A stretch of DNA of 64,000 nucleotides from Tubiluchus corallicola (Eukaryota; Animalia; Priapulida), in NCBI GenBank assembly GCA_030141605.1, contig JAQGDQ010000103.1:372001-436000 (forward strand). Reading direction: 5' to 3'. Positions 11,201 through 24,129 of this stretch are shown here, one piece after another; within the stretch, counting starts at the first letter, position 1, and every line of letters starts with the position of its first letter. The notes beneath the pieces were generated by a model. The model searched no databases. It saw nothing but the letters and a program-made list of their open reading frames with translations, and was not told where the DNA came from. The position numbers were made by a program, and so were the translations under genes.

Positions 11201-14167
11201 CATTGCCATAAAGATTGACGTGTTTTGCGTCTTTAACGTGAGTGAGCGAGAATGGTGTACGAGTTACAGTTAGCGTCTTTGGTTACCAGTGTTTGTTTAC
11301 CGATCTTTGAAGACGTGACTGTATTCATTATGTCATTCGTCTCGCACAATGAAAAATGGCGGTTCTTGAAATTTAATAAAGCTAGTAATGAGGTGATAAA
11401 AAATCAAAAGAAGCAAGCTTTACAGTAAGTTTGTTATAAAATAAATTAAATACTCATAATGAGAGTAGGATTTTAAGTTGTAAAAGCTTATACTATAGTG
11501 AAAGTTTAGTTTGACTTTAAAAGTTCTTATAAATGCAGTTGAAAGTGCATTTCGTTGTCATTTGAGAAAATTGTATTTTTTAACCTTCGACGATATAATA
11601 TACTTCTAAGCGCCTATTATAACATATTTGAAGTTTGAAAGGTGCTTGATTTAATAGTTTAGACAAATGGTAGCGTAGGAATGGTAACTTACCTTTCTGA
11701 TGTAATTTTAGTAACCAGTCTTGAAGTTTCAGTAGACCAACTGCTCAGACTTGATAGCTTAGGAATGCTAACTTTTCTTTTTAATATAATTTTAGCAACC
11801 AGTCTTAAGATTTCAAGAACTCGACTGTTCAGACTTTTCTTAAGTTTATTGGCATTATTCGACATGAACAAAACTGACTTCATTACTAACAATATGCAAT
11901 AGAACATGTTTTGGTTAATTGTGATCTCCATTTGAGTGGCTCAGACTTTTGGCTTGAACTGATGAATGCTTTAAAGGTTGATTTCCTCATATAGAGTGTG
12001 GTAGATACGGCTAAAAACGAGGCAACTTGTTGTAGACAAGTGTAATTCTTAATAATGTAACAGCTCTGCAAAATTACATTACCCGAAGCAAAAAGAATAG
12101 AAACAGTTAGTGAGTCGCTTTCATTTTTCGTTTAGTTGTGGAATTTAATAATTTTACTGCATTTTAAAAATTGTAAGTTTGAATTCGTTTTAAATGCTGA
12201 GCGAACTGTGTTCCCCTTGCAGAATGCAATGATTTATTAACCAATTTTTTTCCATCATGGCATTCCATAGGGGTTATCTGTCTATTTAATTTTCTCCTGT
12301 TAAAGAGACAATACTTCAGTTAGTGACTCAACATTGTTTTGCAGTTTGTTGAGCAGTTTTCTAGTTCTTCATATTTGTTGTCCATCGAAAAGCCTACTTT
12401 GCCATGTTATTGTAAAAGATAATGAAACTAGAATAAAATTTCTGCTTGCTAGTTAAAGTTTGCATTTACTCCTTCAGAATAATTATGCTGCACAATAATT
12501 CTTAAAGAATAATATTAAATAATTGTCATCTTTCTTTGATGTGGGTTCTCGGCTATTGTCAGGGAATGCTTCTGCTTACGGAGCATTGACTCCTTTAGCC
12601 TTAGCTAATGCATATGTAAACTTTCTTTGTGTTATTAATGTAATGTCGCTAGTCGTTCCTGCTGTTAGTGACTTTCCATTGAGCAGAATGACATTTCAAA
12701 CACCAGGTGCTAGTGATCATAAATACCCAACAAGATTTTTAGTTATGACAATCGCAGATCATTTCTAATTGGTGTTAAGCAAAAATATTTTTAAATTTTC
12801 AGAAACATTTACAAAAATGATTCCACGTAAATCCCACTGAAGATGAAAGACGTGTAGTCAAATATACTGGTGTCCATTTATTCCTTTACAAGCTTATGTG
12901 TTCAAACAATTCCCATCTGGCTTAATTTAAATGGAAATGCATAGCTACAAATTAAATATTCTGTTTGATTATTCCTCCACATTTCCTTCTTAACTAAATG
13001 CTTAGGCTGTCAATAATTTCGAAAATGTTATGTTCGGAAAGGGATTTCAAGCAAAGTTTTTCCCGGAAGGTAAGGCACTTTAAATGTATTTTATATGGTA
13101 ACTTTATGAGCACTAATGTTTATGAATTCAAATATTCACTGTTATTTTATTTATGAATAATACATGTATGCATGTTTTATGTTGTTTTTTCAGTTACTGT
13201 AGCTCTGGGGCTGGCTTTGTTCTCTGCAGCTCTAGTTCATAGAGTTTGTGTTACTACGTGGTAAGTACAAATGTTTTTAACTCATCTTGCCTTTGTCTAT
13301 ACTTCTTTAGTTGCATGACTCAGCCTTTCTAGACTTCCAGCAATTAATGGTGATCGTGAAAAGGTCAGAGGTTAAGTGTACCAGACAATGCATTTGTGTA
13401 CACTTGATAACGCCTCGCAGCCCAAGCTATTATAATAATAATAGTTTTAACAGCTAGCTAGAACCTTACCTAGTTCACTTGTTCCTAAGCAAGATCCTGC
13501 TAGTAAATCACTCTATGCACAGACTAATGCATAATTAAGTAAAGTCCACATAAAACAACAAAAGTTACTGAACTAACACGGCAGATGGCTTTGCTTTTCC
13601 CACGCGTAACGTACACTTAACCTTTAACCTATAACAACTGCGTGTGCGCAGAACGGTACTGTGAAAAGGCTTATTGTAGGGTAAGCAACTGTGTTCTTAC
13701 TGCACCCATCATTGAAACTAATCACAAAATTCGTTAATAGCGAGAAATTCGTATTTCTGTTGTTGACGAAGATGTGTAATATAATGCTGGAAATGTAATG
13801 GAAAGATAACGTCATTCGTCTTCATTAATGAATTGTCAGTTATAATGCAAACTTTGCCTTTTGTCTTTGCAAAAAATGTGCTTGATCATCTTTGTCTTCT
13901 TTGTTTATATTGCATAATCTACATGACTGAGTGAGCACTAATTTGGCTGTGAGACTTCTTGTGGTGCTGCTGATGGCTACAAAAAGGACGAAAACTTTGT
14001 CTCATGATCAGTTATTGAACTTTTGCAGTTAATTAGTAAATGATTTTTTTTGCAGTTTAATATTCTCCATTGTTGCTCTTTATTACATCAACAAATTGTC
14101 AGTGGCTAAGTATCAACCACCAACCACTTCAGTGACACCTGCAGGAAAAGGGAAAAAGCGAAATTGA
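8226..14167 (+). CDS. KRTCAP2: Keratinocyte-associated protein 2 (oligosaccharyltransferase subunit KCP2), 133 aa
   Basis: Exons 8226-8229 (ATGG|GTATGT, tentative), 10885-11039, 13006-13069, 13194-13260 and 14056-14167 join in frame (402 nt): MAVSSSMSMLLSSTVAILMFAGMMMYKSQLGSSQLMTILGGWLGSDLFILILT|AVNNFENVMFGKGFQAKFFPE|VTVALGLALFSAALVHRVCVTTC|LIFSIVALYYINKLSVAKYQPPTTSVTPAGKGKKRN*. Recognisable KRTCAP2 motifs (FGKGFQAK.FPE, HRVCVTTC, C-terminal KKRN). AATAAA near 14211. Exons 2-5 are solid; exon 1 position is inferred. Confidence 0.93.
8507..8893. mobile_element. hAT-type MITE family (TAGGGGTGAGCA termini, TTCGAA-rich), copy 1
   Basis: TIR TAGGGGTGAGCA/TGCTCACCCCTG; 8-bp TSD TTAAGTAC/CTAAATAC (6/8). 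Sister copies at 23421, 26699 and 36696. Confidence 0.85.
9170..10400 (-). mobile_element. Decayed RTE-clade LINE, APE endonuclease region
   Basis: Motifs QETHLIGSG, GGIGIIV, CAYAP, NQIDYIIV and SDHQLV in broken frames (ORFs 9999-10328 and 9433-9759). Confidence 0.85.
11040..13005 (+). other. U12-type (minor spliceosome) GT-AG intron of KRTCAP2
   Basis: 5' splice site GTATCCTTT; branch point TTCTTAAC at 12987-12994; short distance to TAG at 13003-13005 with no long polypyrimidine tract. Confidence 0.9.
13320..13677. mobile_element. TIR MITE family (AATAAGCCTTTTCACAG termini), copy in KRTCAP2 intron 4
   Basis: Reverse-complement match to 60816-61225 and 33889-34250. Confidence 0.75.
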
Positions 14168-14329
14168 TCTAAGTGCGGTGCATTAGAACTTCTGCAGTAT
14201 TTTTCTTGAAAATAAATAAAATATTTTTGCAAGTTATGTTTTCCCCCAACAGATGGCACTGTTACTTTAGATTTTAATTTCATGCTCGTACTGGTGTCAT
14301 AAATAATTGTGTTAGTAGCTTTAGCAGGT

Positions 14330-14447
14330 TCTAGTTTTTTTTGCTGGATTACTGCTGTGTTTACCTGTCTTGAGAGCAGATTTCTTTTATTTTAGAATTC
14401 TGCCTTCCCAGTGACTGTAGTAGACACAAAAGGGTGTGTGATGATGA
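14330..14447 (+). repeat. Retroposon 3' end with (GAT)n tail; second copy at 44921-45048
   Basis: About 115 bp shared (CTAGTTTTTTGCTGGATT...GCAGATTTCTTTTATTTTAG...TAGACA.AAAG) ending in GATGATGA. Confidence 0.7.
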
Positions 14448-15544
14448 GTTATTGTGTTATTAACAGCAGTATAACACCTTGAGTACGGTATAGTTTTCAC
14501 TCTTATGCAGTGTTTGAGTACCTGGTTTGATACACTGGATTGTTGTATACATGCAATTATTATTGTGTGAAAATGCCCAAGGCCTAAAACCCAGTGCTAC
14601 TAAGATGCCTCACATTTTCTGTGCACCAAGATGCAACCAGTGATAATAATTCATATTACACAAATTTATACTGCACCATTAATTACAATTAGTATTCTAA
14701 CTGTAACGACAATTAAATAAAAACATCATCTTCTTGTTAAAATTTTGACAAATCTTAGTAAAACCCACTGAATTTCATAAAAATTGCTGAGAAAGCTAAA
14801 AGGCAGCCATTATTAACAGGTACGTCATCTCTAGGTGGCTCCAAAATAATTTGTAACAACACGTTTTTTTCAAACATCGCCCACATTTGTTGCTTATTGT
14901 TTAGGGGCACGTGCAGAGCTTTTTAAAGCACTAACATGTTTTCTTCCAGTATAACACCACTGGTGCAGTGCCACCTAGTGGGAAATCAGGTTACGTTTTT
15001 CTTGTCAGCCTGTATGCCTGTCTGCTGATTCGTGCCAGCACATTTTTAGGTGTTCAAAGGGAATATTGTAAACTGGTTGTCCAAGTTAGCTGTAGAAGTA
15101 ACAGTCTTGTAAAAATTTGCTTTCAGTGCTCACTAAATGCTATATTCTTCATTTTTGTTTGTTGGTGTTAGACTTTGAGTCACTGTTATATAAGTATGTT
15201 GTTGTACCATGTGCATAATTTCTACTTTCACATGCAAATTGTTAGCGATAGCCTACTTTCATAGGAAACAAACTTGTGTTTATCTCACTTAAAGCATATG
15301 TATGCATGATAAAACTGTAATTTCTGGGGAGCCTGTAATATTATCATTGTTTTGAGTTTTGTTGATTTTTATGACAAAATAAATATTTTTACACAATTTA
15401 TCTTCTATTACGGTAATGCTTTTTGTGCAATGCACAACTTCAAGATTAGTAGGGCCAATTTATCTGCAGTCAGACCTCTCTTATACTGCAAATTTTGGGA
15501 CTGCAAAAAGTTGACATTATACGAATTTGGCAGTGTAACGGGCG

Positions 15545-16190
15545 CATTGATGGAAAAATTGGAAAAATCAGACGTATTCTCAACCACCAAACAGCTGAAA
15601 AACCCATACATGCCTTCATAACGTACAAACTTGATTATTGCAATTACGTTTTGGACTCCCTGAACATAAAAATCGCAAACTCCAAATAATTGAGAACTCT
15701 GCTGCTCGCCTCATTACAAAACTGGAAAATTATGGTCGCATTACACCTATTCTAAGGGAGTTACATTGGCTGTCGATAAAGTTCCGCATTCAATATAAAA
15801 TTCTTTGTATCACCTACAAAATGCCACGTGGTTTGACACCTGCATATCTGACAGATTTTTCGATATGCTGTAACATAGCCTGAACACTTCGTTCTAATGC
15901 TAACGAACAAACTAATTTACATCAGCCAATTCCCAATACAGTATTCTATGGTATAAAAGCTTTTTTGTTTGTGCTTCACATCTCTGAAATAACGTACTCT
16001 CTACAAATTCATATAGATTGTTTTAAACAACATTTTTAAACAAATTGTTCTTTTTATGATGAATTATTTTTAATGTCTTTTAATTTTTACGTTTCTTATG
16101 AATTTTAAATGTATTTTATTGTTCAGCGTGGTGAGCTTTTATATGATGTAGTGCGCTATATAAATAAATTTTATATTACATTACATTATG
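15545..16190 (+). mobile_element. L2-clade LINE 3' end (RT C-terminus and tail)
   Basis: IGKIRRIL...IHAFITYKLDYCN..L...KLQIIENSAARLIT...ITPILRELHWLSIKFRIQYKIL; ends GCGCTATATAAATAAA followed by (TTACA)n. Confidence 0.9.
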
Positions 16191-16703
16191 CAAAATAATA
16201 TGAAAACTTTGTTTTGCCAGAAATATTGGCATTAAGTAATGTTAAGTATCTGAAGCTGCTTATAGATTTTCCCGTAAATGTGTGCTGGTTGGAGCGATAA
16301 TTGCACAACTGAAACGTGAACGGCAAAGACGTATGTGTTAAAATTCCCTACGTTTTAAAGGTGATTGTTTTTCTAAGAGAGAGGTCAAAAGGACGCGCTG
16401 ACACGGAACCCGTCAGAAAAGAGTAGAGTGAAAAATTGATTTTTAAGAAAAAAGCGGCTGTGATGTTTTTCTTTGCTGGCCTGTTGACACATTTTTCGAG
16501 CAGCACAATAATGTCTGGCTGAAAAAAACAAACACATGTTAACTGAAACGAGACAGGTTGCAGTAAAACTCGAACTTAACATCGCTGTTAACGAACATCA
16601 TCATTTTATTGCTAGGTTACTAATTGAGTATTTCGCATCACTAGTCGAAGTCAAATTTTCCAGCACTCTAATTTATTCGATGTGTATTTGCTGAAGTATA
16701 TTA

Positions 16704-17077
16704 ACGGCTAATGTCATTACATTACCAAGAGAGTGCAATGTTAGTCGTACAACACAACAGTCAGTAGAAAGGATGTTATCTTAATTTTTCACTTTTAAAA
16801 ATTGGTACTTTCGTTCTCTAGCAGATACAATTTGCCCACAATATGTGTTCTTGTAATGTATCATATTTGTACGTGTCCCACCTGGTGGTTATTTTTGCTG
16901 ATTTTCCTGGACATGTCTTCCTGGTCACTATAATATGACCCACCATACTGTATCTGCTAGAGATTGAAATTACCAATTTTTCAAAGTGGAAATTAAAATA
17001 ACGTCTCTTGCTACTGATTGATGTGTTGTAAAAAGTTAAAATTGTACTCCATTGGTAATGTAATGATTTTAGCTGTT
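16704..17077. repeat. Diverged palindromic MITE-like element (about 130-bp arms)
   Basis: AATGTCATTACATTACCAA...CTCTAGCAGATACA is inverted relative to TGTATCTGCTAGAG...TTGGTAATGTAATGATTTT. Confidence 0.75.
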
Positions 17078-17437
17078 TTCCTGGACAAAAGCCACAATAA
17101 GCTTAGTTTTTATTGGTCGTTTCGGCAATTGAATGTGTTTTTACTTACTTGGGCAATTTTAGTAAGTGTTTTTCAGTTAGATCCGACTGGCCAACTATTA
17201 TGCATGCTAAAAATCAGTGGACACCGCAGAAATCACCACGTGGTTAGCTAGCATGTTACAAAATCTGTATCCACTTGCTTTACTTTTGGAAAATGTATCA
17301 CATAGCCTTGTATGCGTAAACTTTATAAGTTATATGCCTGCTGTCAAGTTGACAAACAGTGTGCCAATTTAGTGTAGTAAAGATGGCTACCACCTGCGTC
17401 AAGCAATTTGTTTGTTAACTTCTGAACTGCCATTCTT

Positions 17438-17861
17438 CAGGGGCGTATTAACCAATAGGCTACCTAGGCTATAGTCTAGGGTGCCAAAGTTTGAGAGGCG
17501 TCATATTTTAGAAAAAATCTTATTCTCTTCAGAAAATGTGTACACTTTCATATTCATGTAAAGACCACATTTTATCATTTTATAACGCAGCAAAGGCAGT
17601 TACTGAGAGCAGCTTTGTATAAGCGCCACATAACGAACAGGTGCAAAGTATTACACAACAAGCATAGCCTGCTTAAATATAAGCGCTATGCAAATACACG
17701 CTATTAATAACGACCACGTAGAAACTAGATTAAATGTGTTTCTAGTACACCACAAGTAATTTTTTAATCTGCTCAGCACATAAGCAGCCATAGATTCCCA
17801 ATAAAGAGGGACGGGACAGAATTATCAGTCTAGGGCACCGTAAACTCTTGATACGCCCCTG
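17438..17861. mobile_element. hAT MITE, 424 bp
   Basis: TIR CAGGGGCGTAT/ATACGCCCCTG; perfect 8-bp TSD CCATTCTT at 17430-17437 and 17862-17869. Confidence 0.92.
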
Positions 17862-18344
17862 CCATTCTTAATTGCTCAACGAAAATGTTGCTTTTGTTAA
17901 TGTAAACGCTAACACAAGAATTATAGTGTTGTCTTGTTTGCTTAAAGTGACTTTGATGTAAATTTCTTTTCGTAATGTGAAGTTCATATAACTATAAAGC
18001 TGTGCGGCAACTATGTAAATCTCGCAAGGTGACCAGGACTCCTGAAACAACCCCAAACGCCATTAAATTCTGTTAAATTTCTAACAGGGTTCGATTTTAT
18101 ACTTTTTCACTAACTCGGTTTTGTGCTAAACGAAAAAATATGTTCCAGTTAAAGTTACGTACTAACTTAGGTAATAAATTTAGATGCTAAAGTAAATAAT
18201 CTTACTTCACCTTTAGTTAGTAGCTACCGTATATACAGGGCGTACATGATGCGAAATTTGTGTGAATCAACTTGTTTGCATCAGTCAATTTTTGCAGACT
18301 AATTATTTGCGGCCAGTAATAGAGACTGTCCATAACCGCAAATC

Positions 18345-19116
18345 ATAAAGCACAAAGAAAACAGCTTAAAAATTCGCCTTGAAATTTCGTATCACTTACA
18401 TCTGTCTTATTACACACAGAGCTCGCGTTAGCAGTATTGCTGTATAAAACTTGAAAATTTAAACTTCTACGATGACCGTTGGGTGGTCATTTTTAAGATA
18501 AGTCGCTTGAAAAAAGTTTAGATAACACTGCGTAAAGTTTGAAAACAGTAACCAGAACGTTCGTATTGCACATTCTCTACCAACTAAACAAAAGTATAAA
18601 TTACTGTATCTTGTCAATAAGATTTAAATCGCGTTTGTTTGGTGAGCCAGCAGTGTACGCTGGGAAGGCAAGTCAGTGACTTTTCATCAGTTGGTGGAAA
18701 CATTTAAATTACTAAGAATTATCTTTTCTAATTACATAAGTCTTTCAAACAGATAAGCGTAGTGCAAGGTAATATTAACTTTGTATAGAAAGTTTTTTGA
18801 AACATACTTTAAGTTTGCCTTTTCCTTTTTAAAACTACCATGTAAAGTTTCCTTTAACGGGTTAATTTTCTCATTATTGGAAATGTAGCTTGTTTGCGTT
18901 AACTTATTATCGCTGCTTTTTTGCTCTTTTGGTCCCAAAGTCATAGAGTAAATGAGTCGCAATTGAAATTTCTATTTGACAAAATGGAAGTTACGAAGGC
19001 ATTTAAAAATGTAAGTGAATTTATTCGGCCCATAGAGAAGTTATGCCGTACATAATAGGGGTGGAGCAGATTTTAAAACGAGATAATGAGTTAGTGAGGG
19101 AGACATCGAGAGAGCC

Positions 19117-19162
<46 letters not shown>

Positions 19163-20214
19163 CAGTTCAATAGATTTATTTGCCAACAATTGAGCTAAGC
19201 AACTGAAAAATATATTTCAGTCGTATTTTTGTTTTTTATAGCAAACATACTTAGCACGCAACGCACGACTTCGAGTTGTAGAACAAATTTTTACGATATT
19301 TATTCACTCATTATATATACACAAACATTTTGGTACAAGCATATACATCAGCCTTACGTCAGCATAATAGTAAGTCATACCGAAATACTGCTATACGTAC
19401 ATGTCTAACTTCGTATTGCAATTCATTTTCACAATAAAAACTTATAAAACCCGTTGAAAATACCTTCACCAAGGTTACAACTCTCTCCGCTTTTTCAAGT
19501 CCTGATCTTATTTTTTCAAGTTTTACCAGTGACGAAGCTAATCACTTTCTTGATATTGGCACAACTGCCTGAAAATCAGGATTCGCATATGTTATTTATG
19601 GCGCGAGTACTTTGCCTGTTAAGTTATAGGTAAAGTTAATGCGTCCCTAGGCACGCGGTTAACGCATGGACATGCATTATAGACAATATGTAATTTAAAG
19701 GCTAAAGTGCATCAGCATGATAGCGTCCTCTTACGTAAAACAGAGCTTTGAGCTTGATTGCGTTAAAGGGGGAGAAAAGGGATTTTTAAAGAATGCCATA
19801 AACAAACTTTCCATACAAAGCTACATTACTTATCATTACGTTTTCCTGCTTGAAAGACTTATCTAGTTGGAAAAGCACATTTGTAATCAATTTTCGTGCC
19901 AAGTGGTAAAACGACATTGGTAAAACGAATCACCATCCCAGTGCGCATCATTGCCTCACCAAAAAACAAATTATTGACCCTACTGACAATATAAAGTAAT
20001 TTATATTTTTGCTTAGTTAGCCATTTTTTCAAATTTTACGCAATGTTATTTAAAATTGTTTCAAATGATTTACCGTTAAAATGGCTCCACTTACAAGTTT
20101 TATGGAGCATTACTGCTAATGCAAGTAATGTAATAAGACAGCATCATGTAAGTGATATGAAATTCCCAGACGAATTTTTAAGCTCTATTTATGAAGAGTG
20201 TTTTTTGTGGTTTA
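18345..20214. mobile_element. Family A long-TIR element, about 1.9 kb, containing (GA)n at 19119-19160
   Basis: The left arm 18345-18800 and right arm 19800-20214 are inverted copies matching the 5457-6627 arms; right end GTGGTTTAA. Confidence 0.65.
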
Positions 20215-20233
20215 ATACAAGTTTCAGTAACTA

Positions 20234-20762
20234 CAGAGGCGAATCGTAAACGTAATAATAAAGTTTATTTTTAATAAGAATAGTAAAAAAGTTCCCATCA
20301 ATTCCCATTTTTAAAGAGAAATGCAAACGGTTAAAATAAAGCAGAAAGTAGCTGCAACGGTCAGTGACACACTTTAAAGATACTCCTCTGCCGATAGCTC
20401 AATAATAACATTCGTAGATGACGACACTAGCGCTATTATTTGTCTCGCTAATAACTGACTACTTTATAAAATTAATGTTGTTAAACCAGTAGTACCTATT
20501 TACATATGCTTTCGTCTGCAAGTTGAGTTTGGAAAGTAGTTTTAGCTGCTAGGTGTCCTCGTACAGGATCCGTTATATCTCGTAAAATAGTACTCATCTT
20601 GAAAGAGCATAATAAACCATCTTTACTTTTGCATGAAATTCGAACGTTGAAGTACGCCACCTACGGTTTGCCTTGCTAAAAATAACGCTCATTTCCATTC
20701 TTAGTCGCTAACGTCGTTACCTCATGGATACACCCCCTCTAACGTTTTGGATACACCCTCTG
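20234..20762. mobile_element. Probable hAT-like MITE
   Basis: Imperfect inverted termini CAGAGGCGAATC / GATACACCCTCTG; no TSD seen. Confidence 0.45.
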
Positions 20763-21572
20763 ATTTATGTTATAGCACAAACATTATTATCCTACAGTAA
20801 TTTGCTTCAAATTTCGTGTTTCGGAAAAACCTCCAAAAGCTTGGGTCTGATCGACGAAAATCATCTTTTTAGTTTATTGAAAGAGTCCGGCATGAAAGGC
20901 GTGCATAAAATCGTTAACTTTTCAATTGGACAGATTCACACTAACACCTATTCATTATTCAGCGTCTCTCCCAGTTGAGAAAAAATGGTTTGCTAAAGGA
21001 ATAGCGGACAATTGGTTAGACTCAATTTTGTTTTAATCTACTGTCCAAAATATACATTTTCTTGCATATAAGAGTTAGCAATTATTTCTTATATTTGAAT
21101 AATTAGCTTGGAAAGTTATTTAACGGCAACTGAACACGGTTATCGCTTACATCACAAATTAATCACAATTTGTTCAATGGTAGGCATCTTCCCTGCAGGT
21201 CAAGCACGTTTGCGTAAGCGAAGATTGCTATAAGACGCTGATGTGATGTCACGAAAATGAGCTCCATGTCGCACTGACATCACACACGAACTCTGCAGTT
21301 CATGATCATGCTTATCACGGTACGGCGCCTATTTGTCTGCCATACGAATGTGCCATTGCCAGTCTTAGTGGATTCGCTGAGCCCCGCGTAGCTTTGAAAG
21401 TTTAACAACATTACTATTCGAGGTAATTATTATTTAATTTAAGTTTTGATTTAAAAAAGCTGTGTAGTTTTCAATATTTTAGAGCACACTTTATTTTGAA
21501 CCGATGTTTACACAATCTTCAGGCTTTCCTTCAAATTTCCTTAAGTCTAAATTAAACTCTCTCAACTGCATG

Positions 21573-22385
21573 ACGGGTGGCCCAGAAAAATGTGCCAAAG
21601 TTTAGACTACAGTAATATTAGAAACAAGTGCCCCCACAAAGCTGAAACTCTGCAGCGTGTAGATTAACTTTTGGGTAGTGAAAATTACAACTTTAGTAGT
21701 GTTTAAGTTATGGCCGAAAAACTTATGCATGTTAAAAATTTAAATGCCGGAACAATGTCAGCTAATCATCAGTAGTTATTTAAAAATACCAACGTCGACG
21801 CATAAAGCACTCAATAGTCAATACATGGCAGCGAATCACTAAAGAAATCAACCAGTTTATATCGTGATCGTCACCATAGGAAATAAAGTACAGACAAATA
21901 TGTTGTTGTCAAGAAAAATGGAACTTAATCCTATGAACCACGGTATCTTTAACTTCGAGAGAAAGTATACAATGGTCGCATACGAGTATTCGAGAGACTG
22001 AGAGAGCCGACTGACATTGATGCAGAGGAACAAAAGGCAAACATTGTCGAGCGCTGGGACAAAATGCACCTTGTGATACACTGAGTGAGTGACACACTGA
22101 GCAACTGTCTCAGTTGTTTAAAGACGCCTTTTGTCTAGATTGTAGTGAGAATGGTGGACACATAGAGTACTTGCTGTAAATTTTAACAACAGTGACACGA
22201 ATTTTTTTTTACTTTGTTGTTTTAAAACTTCTATATCTTCGGACAAATTGAAGATATGATCTAAAATTTTTAGTATTTATACATAATTTTCATAACGTTC
22301 AATATGGCAGTTTTCAAGCGATTCTTTTTTTAAAATATCGTGATTTTTTTAAAAATCTTCCGCACATCTTTTTACGCGGCCTGAT
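21573..22385. mobile_element. Probable Tc1/mariner-like non-autonomous element; partial inverted copy at about 61590-61785
   Basis: GGGTGGCCCAGAAAAATGTG start. 21680-21880 matches the reverse complement of 61590-61785. Confidence 0.5.
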
Positions 22386-22490
22386 ACACTCATGCTTTTT
22401 CATCTACCTCTTTTTGTCTCATTAGGAGACCATTTGTGAGATTCTCGCAGTAGGAGCTTTAGCATCACTTGTTTCTTCGTGTAATTCGTC

Positions 22491-22832
22491 TTATAAACCC
22501 TGGGCAGTCTTGGAAAATATCATTTTTATAAAAGAAAATAAAAGCGCCACCACAATAACAGCGGCCATTAACAAGACTGCAACTTGAAACCCTTTTCCCA
22601 AGCCATCCCTGATTTTGTTGGGAGGTTCTGACTTTTCCTTCAGTGAATTGCTTCTTATGGCCATTTCTGAGAAAGACATCCTGTGGTGTCGCGGGTACTC
22701 GCCAACCGATGCACGCCGTGTCGTCTCTTTTGGGGTGCCCAGTAGCTCTGACGCCCCCACAGCAGCCAGACTTGCACGACGGGCATGCTCGCGTTCTGTT
22801 TCCAAATGTGAACGACGCCTTAGGACCCTCAT
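22491..22832 (-). CDS. Uncharacterised 113-aa tail-anchored membrane protein with multiple PKA consensus sites
   Basis: GC-elevated intact ORF: MRVLRRRSH...RRASL...RRASV...RMSF...RSNS, then a single C-terminal TM segment (FQVAVLLMAAVIVVALLFSFIKMIF). Splice acceptor TTGTTACAG immediately upstream of the exon starting at 22905. Confidence 0.7.
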   Translation of the reverse strand: MRVLRRRSHLETEREHARRASLAAVGASELLGTPKETTRRASVGEYPRHHRMSFSEMAIRSNSLKEKSEPPNKIRDGLGKGFQVAVLLMAAVIVVALLFSFIKMIFSKTAQGL

Positions 22833-23420
22833 TCTGTTGATGATGTGTAGAGACGTCCTTCAGAAGTTAAAGTCATCTTCTGGTACAGTGTCTGTTTGGC
22901 TAAAGCTGTAACAACGTCTATATAGTTTTCTTAGGTTGTATTGTTCAACGGACTCATTTTCTCATTAGACAACAGAAGTTATAAATGTTATGGCTCTTAT
23001 TTTATAGATTCTTTTCCAGTTCTGCTGTCATTTAATGTGTTTTATACAACCCCTGCCTCACTAATTTACAAAGTATTGCGTCTTTGTATCCTTTTTCATA
23101 ATCTGATAATGTATGTTCTTTATGTCACCACCGATAAACCATTCAGTTTTTCAAGTGCGTTATTTCCCATACATAGAAGTGAAGCGTCTAACTTTAGCTG
23201 CCAAGGACGATGATTCACTCAAGACGATGTCAAGTGATGTTCAATCGCACATGTAAACTCTTAAACGATGCTGTTGAATAAATTATTGATTGCAGGAAAT
23301 GTCGGATCCTCCTTCCATCACTGTGCAAGACGACTTTATTTTGCAAGAAATGTCTACAGGCCTGTAGAAGATGAAAACGAATTTTCATAAAGTAATGTAA
23401 CAATATTCCAACTATATACA

Positions 23421-23784
23421 TAGGTGTGAGCATCAAACGATCAAACTCGATTCGAACGTGTTTTTTACTTCGAAGTCGATTTGAACTTAAAATTATGGAT
23501 TCGAATAATTCAGCACTTCAACTACATACTTTTTTATCACTTAAACGTTTGAAACTATACCATACCAATTTAGCTGCGATTTGTGTACACAATTTTAAAC
23601 AAATTATTAATGTTTTTACTGCAGAACAAAAACAAGCAATATGCATGACATTTGTGAAACCGTTAGTGATTCAAAAATTCATTCGAAATTTTTTAAAGCT
23701 GAATTCGGATTTGAACATGCTGAAATTCGGTTTAATTCTTCTAAAATCAAAAATTCGCTTTCTGGTAAGGAATGTTTACCCCTA
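23421..23784. mobile_element. TAGGGGTGAGCA hAT-type MITE, copy 2 (inverted)
   Basis: Reverse-complement match to 8507-8893; termini TAGGTGTGAGCA / TGTTTACCCCTA. Confidence 0.8.
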
Positions 23785-24129
23785 ATTCCTACCACTAAAG
23801 CACTGTTGCGGTTCGTATGACAATGGCAAGTCTAGCTGATTTGAATTGAACGCACAAACACACAGATACGAAGCAAAATAAAATTTTGCAATAATTCATA
23901 TCTATGTGATTATGACAAGACTCAATTTGTACCTTTAATTCTAACTGCTGTAATTTTGACACTTCTTACCAAGTTCTCATGCACTGAGACTGGACTATTT
24001 TGTTCTGCAAGGCAGGTGCAGATGCAGATAATGTGGTTAAGTTATTACGAGCGCTTGAAACGTTAAAGCAATTACGTTGCTAAATTGCGTTTTATGCTTT
24101 TCACTTTAAAATGATCTATTCATCACTCT

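Noticed and set aside
19466-19568. Minus-strand coding exon
   Set aside because: Stops in all frames; lies inside a repeat element.
21199-21422. Plus-strand coding exon with good AG/GT boundaries
   Set aside because: Stops in all three frames; at most non-coding.
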